A stretch of 64,000 nt of DNA, from the NCBI GenBank assembly GCA_964612745.1, contig CAZTCH010000001.1, positions 77,387 to 141,386 of the forward strand. Direction: 5' to 3'. This document shows, piece by piece, positions 57,758 to 64,000 of this stretch. Source of the stretch: an uncultured Candidatus Saccharibacteria bacterium. GTDB lineage: Bacteria; Patescibacteriota; Doudnabacteria; UBA920. Below the pieces are notes generated by a model, which saw nothing but the letters and a program-made list of their open reading frames with translations, was not told the DNA's origin and ran no database searches. Position numbers and translations under genes: made by a program. The number at the start of each line of letters is the position of its first letter. Positions within the stretch are counted from its first letter, which is position 1.

Positions 57758-58678
57758 ATGAGTAAGCCTACTGACAACAACCTGTTTACGCAAAACCCCT
57801 TTGCTCGGCTATTCGGTAGTGAGGGTGAAGGTGAAGGCGGCGTCCCTGCTGGATTTCGGATTCTATTTAGCGTTGCTAGTGATGGTGGCGCTGAGGATGC
57901 GTTTGAGCCGAAAAGTGAAGAGCCCCCCAATGGTCGTTGGTATGATGCTGCGACTCGCTTGGAAGCCGATGGCATCACCAAAGGTTACAATATCAAACAA
58001 GCGATTGATATGGCTTTTGGCCAAGAAATATTTAACGCTATTCGTGCGCAGTGGAAAAATGCTTCAGATGGAACTGATTGGATTGAATTAATTCAGCAAC
58101 GCTTGGGAGCTTTGGCATCTTCCAACGCGCACTTAGAAGCAGAAAATAAAGATCTTCGCAAAAACGTAGGTGAATTGCTTCAATACCTGTCGGAAGCAAA
58201 AGCCGACAAAGACGCAATGATTGAGCGGGTGGATGAGCTAGTTGAAATGCTCGACGAACGTGGGAAACACTACAGACGCAAGTTGGTAGTCCAACTCTTA
58301 CGGTTTGCGACAGGTCAAGAGGCAATGCCTGAACTACCTACCAAGGCACTGAAAGTAGAGAAAGAAGCGGCTCGTTTTGCTGAGGTCGCCGAGTTCTTGT
58401 CGGATAAAAATAGCGTCCCTGCTGATTTTGTTATGTCAGCCTATCTTTCGGAAACGCCTTTAGCAGACCTCTGGGTCGCTTATCAGAACATCCAAGAACC
58501 TGCTCAGGTGGTCGTTGACGAAGAGCAAGCCGTTCCCGAAGCTGGGCTGGAAACCGATGGCGCAGTCGCGGCAGAAGCAGTGCCGCAAATTGCTGAAGAA
58601 ATGCCTGTGGTTTCGGAAGAAGCACCAGCACCACCCTCGGCAAGCGAGCCGGCGGACGAAAAAGGCGACTATATTTAA
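57758..58678 (+). CDS. Acidic coiled-coil protein of unknown function
   Basis: 306 aa. Very acidic C-terminus. SD aggag. Preceded by about 195-nt leader. Confidence 0.5.
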   Translation: MSKPTDNNLFTQNPFARLFGSEGEGEGGVPAGFRILFSVASDGGAEDAFEPKSEEPPNGRWYDAATRLEADGITKGYNIKQAIDMAFGQEIFNAIRAQWKNASDGTDWIELIQQRLGALASSNAHLEAENKDLRKNVGELLQYLSEAKADKDAMIERVDELVEMLDERGKHYRRKLVVQLLRFATGQEAMPELPTKALKVEKEAARFAEVAEFLSDKNSVPADFVMSAYLSETPLADLWVAYQNIQEPAQVVVDEEQAVPEAGLETDGAVAAEAVPQIAEEMPVVSEEAPAPPSASEPADEKGDYI

Positions 58679-58893
58679 AGTCGCAAATATCAACCTTATC
58701 AAACCCAAGAGGCGTTCGTACATTTTGTGCGAACGTCTTTTGCTTTTTCTGGAATCGATTTTTGTAAAGTATTGTTTATCTGTAACTTATCCACCGTACT
58801 CGTGCGAAATACTGCTGCGCATGCGATATACTACTAGCAGTAGAAGTTAACGTGTAAAAGTTACCTTCATTAATTGAGGGGAGGTGAATACGT

Positions 58894-59103
58894 TTGAAAT
58901 TTTTACATAAGCTTGCGTTTACCTTGTTGGTAGTAGGTGGGTTGAACTGGTTACTCCTTGGTGTCTTCTGGTGGGACATTGGTCACTTGTTTGCAGGAGA
59001 CATGATGAGCATTCCAGCTCGCGTTATTTACACAGTAGTAGGTATTGCTACTATCTATGTAGTTGCTACTCACAAATCTGACTGTAAGGCATGCGCAATG
59101 TAG
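58894..59103 (+). CDS. DUF378 family small membrane protein (TTG start)
   Basis: 69 aa. Motif VVGGLNWLLLGVFWWDI...RVIYTVVGIATIYVV is typical of DUF378. SD gaggggagg. Confidence 0.5.
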   Translation: MKFLHKLAFTLLVVGGLNWLLLGVFWWDIGHLFAGDMMSIPARVIYTVVGIATIYVVATHKSDCKACAM

Positions 59104-59149
59104 TCGATGCAATTTCGACAGCGCCCCTGGACAAAAACAGAACTGCGAT

Positions 59150-59187
59150 AACAAAACACTTGTAGCAATAGCCGCAAGTGTTTTGTT
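59150..59187 (+). terminator. Rho-independent terminator (13-bp stem)
   Basis: aacaaaacacttg ... caagtgttttgtt then ttcttt. Confidence 0.5.
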
Positions 59188-59201
59188 TTCTTTACCACTC
59201 C

Positions 59202-59248
59202 GTTACAATGGTCACCTTCGTAACGGTTACGAAGGTGACCATTGTAAC
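59202..59248. promoter_or_regulatory. 47-bp perfect palindrome (23-bp arms) about 90 bp upstream of the ABC-F gene
   Basis: gttacaatggtcaccttcgtaac g gttacgaaggtgaccattgtaac. Exact reverse-complement arms. Confidence 0.6.
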
Positions 59249-59339
59249 CAGTTGCAAAAAGAGCAGAAAGTTCGTATACTATGTGGAGTAAAAGAGCCCG
59301 TTTTGGGGCTTTTGTGTATTCTGAATTTAGAATCTATCT

Positions 59340-60803
59340 ATGGCAAACGAAGTTGTATTACGTTTCTCCGAAGTCACTTTTGAATACTCACACCAGCGTC
59401 ACCTGCTAGAAGAGGCGTCTTTTTCTGTGCGTTCAGGAAGCCGTATGGCACTGATGGGTCAGAATGGGGCAGGGAAGTCCACGTTGTTCAAAATGATTAC
59501 CGGTGAACTGCAACCAAACGAAGGACAGGTTATTTTAACCCCGCGCGACACCACTGTAGCGATTGCAAGGCAAGTCATGCCTGCAGAGCACATGGATTTG
59601 TCTGTACGCGATTACTTTGCGACTGCGTTTACCGAGAAGAAATACAACCTAGACAAGCTTATTGTCAACGTGTTTGCTGTGGTGAACTTGGACGTTCCTC
59701 TGGAAAAAACTATCCGAGAGTTTTCCGGTGGGCAACAGGCACGATTGCTTTTGGCGTACGCTATTATCCAAGAGCCGGACATTCTGCTGCTCGACGAGCC
59801 TACCAACAACCTAGACCAAGCAGGTATAGAACACCTGACAGGGTTTTTGATGATGTACGAAAAGACCTGTATTGTTATTTCCCACGATGCGGATTTCTTG
59901 AACGCATTTACCGATGGTGTGTTGTACTTGGATTCATTTACTAAAAAAGTAGAACAGTACACAGGGAACTACTACGACGTGGTAGAAGAAATTGGCAAAC
60001 GGATTGAGCGAGAAAACATGCAGAATGCTCGAGCAGAAGGGGAAGTTAAACGCCTCAAAGCACAAGCAGAACAATTCGCCCACAAAGGGGGAAAACTGCG
60101 TGCAGTAGCAAAGCGTATGCGTGAGTCTGCCGAAGAAGCAGAAGACACCATGGTAGATGTGCGCAAAGAAGATAAGACAATTCGCGAGTTTACTATTCCT
60201 ACACAAGAGTATCCGAACTTCTTTAATGGACAAGTAGTGCAAGTTACTTCTGTCTTTGCAGTAAAGCACGGCAAAGTGCAAGAAAAAGAAAAAGAGATTA
60301 CTGTCCGCCGTGGGAGCCATATCCTTATTTCTGGACCAAACGGTATTGGCAAGAGCACATTTTTGGACGCACTCGCACATGGTAAAGCAGCTGGCGCAAA
60401 GATTGCCGATGGCATTGTGACTGGCTACTACAAACAAGATTTCTCCATGCTCAATTTTGCGGAGACTGGCTTGGACTCGCTCCTTGGGGTTATGCAGGAA
60501 AAGGATGAGCAGTTTGCTCGCTCTGTGGCAGCAGGATTTTTGCTTGATGGAAAAGTGTTGGCAACAGATATCGGTGCTATGTCCGAAGGGCAAAAAGGTT
60601 TGCTTGCGTTCTGCCGACTGGTGTTAATGAAACCAGGGTTGCTAATATTGGACGAGCCGACCAACCATATTAACTTCCGCCACTTACCGGTAATCGCCAA
60701 AGCGCTGGATGAATTCGAAGGCGCGCTGATAATGGTGTCCCATATTCCTGATTTCGTGTCGCAGATTCGCATAGACGAAGTAGTAGATTTGAGTACCATA
60801 TAA
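59340..60803 (+). CDS. ABC-F family ATPase (tandem ABC domains, no TMD; EttA/Uup/YbiT-like)
   Basis: Two Walker A motifs (GQNGAGKST; GPNGIGKST), two signature motifs (SGGQQ; SEGQK), and a charged inter-domain linker of about 80 aa. Confidence 0.8.
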   Translation: MANEVVLRFSEVTFEYSHQRHLLEEASFSVRSGSRMALMGQNGAGKSTLFKMITGELQPNEGQVILTPRDTTVAIARQVMPAEHMDLSVRDYFATAFTEKKYNLDKLIVNVFAVVNLDVPLEKTIREFSGGQQARLLLAYAIIQEPDILLLDEPTNNLDQAGIEHLTGFLMMYEKTCIVISHDADFLNAFTDGVLYLDSFTKKVEQYTGNYYDVVEEIGKRIERENMQNARAEGEVKRLKAQAEQFAHKGGKLRAVAKRMRESAEEAEDTMVDVRKEDKTIREFTIPTQEYPNFFNGQVVQVTSVFAVKHGKVQEKEKEITVRRGSHILISGPNGIGKSTFLDALAHGKAAGAKIADGIVTGYYKQDFSMLNFAETGLDSLLGVMQEKDEQFARSVAAGFLLDGKVLATDIGAMSEGQKGLLAFCRLVLMKPGLLILDEPTNHINFRHLPVIAKALDEFEGALIMVSHIPDFVSQIRIDEVVDLSTI

Positions 60804-60964
60804 GAGAGAGTAGAGAATAGAGAATAGGGTATACAAAAAGACCGCTTAAGCGGTCTTTTTGTTTTACTACAACCTAGCTCCTAATTCCTAGCTCCTTTTT
60901 TCTTGTGTATACTGAACGTACTTGTAGGATCAAAAATAAGGCACACTCAAAGAAAGGAGGAGTT

Positions 60965-61117
60965 ATGTCTGAACTAGTAATCATTCGACCAATCGACATG
61001 GAGCGAGCCGGTAGAGAGTTACTGGCAGGGCTTGAAGCTTTGGAGTTGTCTCTGGCTGAGCAGGAAGTAACAAAATTGGTTAGCACAAAGCTGACTTTGT
61101 ATCGCTTTACTGTGTAG
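60965..61117 (+). CDS. 50-aa small protein of unknown function
   Basis: Strong SD aaggagg 4-9 nt upstream. Extended -10 tgtgtatact at about 60905. Confidence 0.4.
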   Translation: MSELVIIRPIDMERAGRELLAGLEALELSLAEQEVTKLVSTKLTLYRFTV

Positions 61118-61275
61118 TAAGGCACTCTCTGTTTTGGGGAAGAGATTCCCCATTTTTTTATGTTATACTAAGGTAGACGAGAGTACACCCTAAACACATA
61201 TAAACATAGAGCATGTAAGCATTTAAGCAAGGAAAAGAAACTTATGTTTAGATGTTTATATGATTCAATGTTAAA

Positions 61276-62493
61276 ATGACTCCTATGCAGCCTCTTGCAG
61301 CACGGCTCCGGCCAAACAATTTAGATGAGTATGTAGGCCAAGAACACTTGGTCGCTTTGGGTAAGCCGTTGCGCATGGCAATAGAGCAGAAGCATTTGTT
61401 TAGTTTTATTCTTTGGGGGCCACCAGGGGTGGGTAAGACTACCTTGGCGCGCATATATGCACAGGCGCTCGGTGCAGAATTCTACGAGCTCTCTGCAGTC
61501 TCTGCCGGCAAAGAAGATATAAGAAAAATTGTAGAGCCATCCAAATCTACGAATGAGACGAATCTACAGATACCTACAAATAAATCCCAAATACTTTTTT
61601 TAGATGAAATCCACCGCTTTAACAAAGCACAGCAAGATTTTTTGCTGCCATATGTAGAAAGTGGAAAGCTGACTTTAATTGGTGCGACTACAGAAAATCC
61701 GAGCTTCGAAGTTATCCCTGCACTCCTGTCCCGTTGCAGAGTATTTACCTTAAAGGAGCTTACGGAAAGCCAGATGCGCGAAGTTATTACTCGTGCGCTT
61801 GCATCACTGCAAACTGATCCCTCAGGTTCCTCCCCTAAAATAGGGGAGGGTAGGTGGGGTATGGACGAAGAAGCAATCACGTGGCTGGTATCCATGGCAA
61901 ATGGCGATGCGCGCCAAGCTTTGACCATGTTGGACAACACCGCACAGCTGTACTCAGAAATTACCATAGAGACACTGAAAGAAACATTGCAGTCGAAAAC
62001 GCTGCGCTACGACAAAGCAGGGGAAGAGCACTACAATACCATTAGCGCGTTTATTAAAAGCATGCGCGCTTCGCAGCCAGATGCAGCGCTCTACTACTTG
62101 GCGCGCATGGTGGAAGCAGGGGAAGACCCTCTGTTTATTGCCAGACGTATGGTGATTTTTGCTTCGGAGGACATTGGGCTTGCGCAACCAACTGCACTTG
62201 TTGTTGCCAACGCTGTGTTTGCAGCGTGCCAGAGTATTGGGTATCCTGAATGCGCTATTAATCTTGCGCATGGGGTGGCGTATCTTGCCCAGTGCAAAAA
62301 AGACCGCAGCGCGTACGACGGCCTGCGAGCGGCGCAAGCTGACGTAAAGAACATGGGTAACTTGCCCATTCCACTTAAGGTACGCAACGCACCCACCAAG
62401 CTTATGAAGGCAGAGGGGTATGGCAAAGGGTACGAAATGTATTCAGACGAAAGCTTTTTGCCAGAAGAATTGAACAAGCGCAAGTATTTGTAA
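61276..62493 (+). CDS. rarA: Replication-associated recombination protein A (AAA+ ATPase RarA/MgsA)
   Basis: 405 aa. RLRPNNLDEYVGQEHL, Walker A GPPGVGKTT, and conserved C-terminal MgsA domains. Confidence 0.85.
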   Translation: MTPMQPLAARLRPNNLDEYVGQEHLVALGKPLRMAIEQKHLFSFILWGPPGVGKTTLARIYAQALGAEFYELSAVSAGKEDIRKIVEPSKSTNETNLQIPTNKSQILFLDEIHRFNKAQQDFLLPYVESGKLTLIGATTENPSFEVIPALLSRCRVFTLKELTESQMREVITRALASLQTDPSGSSPKIGEGRWGMDEEAITWLVSMANGDARQALTMLDNTAQLYSEITIETLKETLQSKTLRYDKAGEEHYNTISAFIKSMRASQPDAALYYLARMVEAGEDPLFIARRMVIFASEDIGLAQPTALVVANAVFAACQSIGYPECAINLAHGVAYLAQCKKDRSAYDGLRAAQADVKNMGNLPIPLKVRNAPTKLMKAEGYGKGYEMYSDESFLPEELNKRKYL

Positions 62494-62498
62494 TATAT

Positions 62499-63032
62499 AT
62501 GAAAATAATTGACCTCACACAAACTATTGAAAGCGGGATGCAGGTGTACACAGGAGATCCGAAAGTCGAAATAGAGACAGTACAGTCGGGGGGCGCGGAA
62601 GGGTGGCGATTGCAGAAACTAACTCTTGGCTCGCACACTGGTTCGCATGTAGATGCGCCGTACCATATGGCGGAAGCTGGTGCGACACTCGACACGTTAC
62701 CACTCGAACGCTTTTTTGGTGATGCCGTTATTGCAAGTACGGACACAGAATTTCCCAAACATGTGGGACTCGTGTTTCGAGACGAGCAGTTGGGCGAAGA
62801 CTTGTTGCCACGATTTATTTTGGCTGGTACGCCTTTTGTGGTAGTAGGGGACAAAGCGCATATGGAGCTAGCGCTCGAACGGCAACTGCTGAGCCGAGAT
62901 ATTTTAACGTTTACTGATTTGATTAATTTGTCCGAACTGCCTTCCGAAAAGCACTTTGCGTTTTACGGTATTCCACTAAAGATAAAGAATAGTGATGGCT
63001 CACCTATACGCGCGTTTGCGATTGTGGACTAA
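62499..63032 (+). CDS. Cyclase family protein (kynurenine formamidase-like)
   Basis: 177 aa. Metal-binding motif HTGSHVDAPYH. Confidence 0.65.
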   Translation: MKIIDLTQTIESGMQVYTGDPKVEIETVQSGGAEGWRLQKLTLGSHTGSHVDAPYHMAEAGATLDTLPLERFFGDAVIASTDTEFPKHVGLVFRDEQLGEDLLPRFILAGTPFVVVGDKAHMELALERQLLSRDILTFTDLINLSELPSEKHFAFYGIPLKIKNSDGSPIRAFAIVD

Positions 63033-63121
63033 GTAGGCAGAAGTAGCGAGTAACTAGTAGCTAGTAACGAGAAAGAAAAGAGTCGTTACACCATAAAGAA
63101 TAATAAATAAGATACAAATCC

Positions 63122-63152
63122 TATTAAAAAAGCCGGCATGTGTCTCGCCGGC
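63122..63152 (-). terminator. Rho-independent terminator for the minus-strand gene
   Basis: gccggc-atgtgtctc-gccggc hairpin with a T-run on the minus strand. Confidence 0.5.
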
Positions 63153-63177
63153 ATTAGCTTTTCTAGAATTTTACCCA

Positions 63178-63438
63178 CTACTGAATTGATTTTACTGCTT
63201 CGCTGGCACTTACTATTAACATGTGCCATTTCTTTCCAAAAGCTTTTGTGAGAACTGGTACGATTTGTTCTTCTGTCTCAATAATATGGTCAGCAGTTGT
63301 GGCTTTGGTGGCATTCTTTGCCACCACAAGCGCAGTTGCTGTTCGGTTTTCATCAAGGCTGCATTGCACAAAGGCTTGCATATTTTTATGAGCTAAGAAG
63401 ATTGTAAAATGGTATGGTGGTAATTCCTCGTTCATCAT
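63178..63438 (-). CDS. Hypothetical protein
   Basis: 86-aa ORF with its own terminator. No recognisable motif. Confidence 0.4.
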   Translation of the reverse strand: MMNEELPPYHFTIFLAHKNMQAFVQCSLDENRTATALVVAKNATKATTADHIIETEEQIVPVLTKAFGKKWHMLIVSASEAVKSIQ

Positions 63439-63696
63439 CGCTCCTTTTGCGCCAAAGAATAGATTTGGTTCATTCCAAACGTATAAATTGACAAATTATT
63501 GTATATCTTTTACCTTAGTCTGTAAATATTTGTTTTTAGATGGTGCCCTTCTAAATATTTTGTTGTTGAATAGTATTTTGTATAGTCGTGCAGCGCTGGA
63601 CATAAATCTGGTGAGGGTGTATACCGTTTGTAAGGACAACACTAGACGAGCGTCTAGTACTATATTACTCTGTTTGCTTTAGCCAAGGAGGCTGAT

Positions 63697-63813
63697 ATGA
63701 GCTTGAAATTCACAATTGAGAGAAAACCAAGCAAGGTCTTTCCGATTGCTGTTGGTGTTGCGCTAATCGGGACTGCCCTAGTTGCGCTAGGGCATGCATT
63801 TCACTTGTTCTGA
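63697..63813 (+). CDS. 38-aa small membrane peptide
   Basis: Strong SD aaggagg 6 nt upstream. Single TM helix (VFPIAVGVALIGTALVALG). Confidence 0.35.
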   Translation: MSLKFTIERKPSKVFPIAVGVALIGTALVALGHAFHLF

Positions 63814-64000
63814 TTTTCTTCATTTCGAAAGGCTTGGTTGCAGTGGTGTCCATTGCAGTCAAGCCTTTTCATTTGGGTGCTTGTCTGCATTAGGAAAGCT
63901 TAACTCCCCTAACCCCTCTTTGGAAAAGAGGGGGACAAGAGAATCACATAGCAGGTGAGGGGTTTTGACAGGTTGGGCAAAAGAGAGGAAAATATGAAGG

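Noticed and set aside
57153-59103. Prophage remnant (holin-like genes)
   Set aside because: No integrase, capsid, terminase or lysin genes are present. DUF360/DUF378 are widespread chromosomal membrane proteins.

Overview
The window reads as a bacterial chromosomal segment with the standard genetic code and about 48% GC by eye; I did not compute GC. Coding density is high and mostly on the + strand. My guess is a small-genome, possibly Patescibacteria/CPR-like lineage, but I cannot confirm that without searches.

Gene content in three blocks:
- 0 to 22.5 kb, core genes: an N-acyl-D-amino-acid deacylase-family amidohydrolase whose stop overlaps the murD start, then ftsW, a DUF4012-like membrane protein, murJ, lepA, a GNAT acetyltransferase, a bPH_2 membrane protein, an FtsB-like protein, a parvulin, tRNA-Gly(CCC), a DHFR-family protein, tRNA-Thr(CGT), an APH-like kinase on an AT-rich islet, and a complete F1Fo ATP synthase operon (atpI-like, atpBEFHAGDC).
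- 22.5 to 45 kb, a cell-surface and glycosylation island: a discoidin/Big_2 secreted protein; a GH5 glycosidase; a Ppm1-like polyprenol-phosphate mannose synthase fused to a second GT2 domain; three GT39/PMT-like GT-C transferases, one carrying a large periplasmic domain; three unknown secreted proteins; a 701-aa He_PIG surface protein; a processive QxxRW GT2; and a WecA/MraY-family priming transferase. This island is my main candidate for an uncharacterised system, namely a protein O-glycosylation or surface-glycan pathway.
- 45 to 64 kb: rplU, recR, a four-helix-bundle protein, dnaB, two small Cys-containing secreted proteins, cysS, a PaaX-like regulator bracketed by two identical 34-bp perfect palindromes, a KefB-type CPA2 antiporter, two tandem adenylate-kinase paralogs, map, an RRM glycine-rich RNA-binding protein, a DUF360 holin-like protein, an acidic coiled-coil protein with a long structured leader, a DUF378 protein, a 47-bp perfect palindrome upstream of an ABC-F ATPase, rarA, and a cyclase.

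Structural features outside the genes:
- Nearly every intergenic region is filled with heptamer-periodic low-complexity repeats, arranged as a purine-rich arm followed by a pyrimidine-rich arm.
- These include a dispersed 52-bp motif in four copies and a 91-bp tandem repeat downstream of atpC.
- Many strong rho-independent terminators are present.
- Several promoters have an extended -10 (TGGTATAAT-type) that implies leaderless or near-leaderless transcripts.
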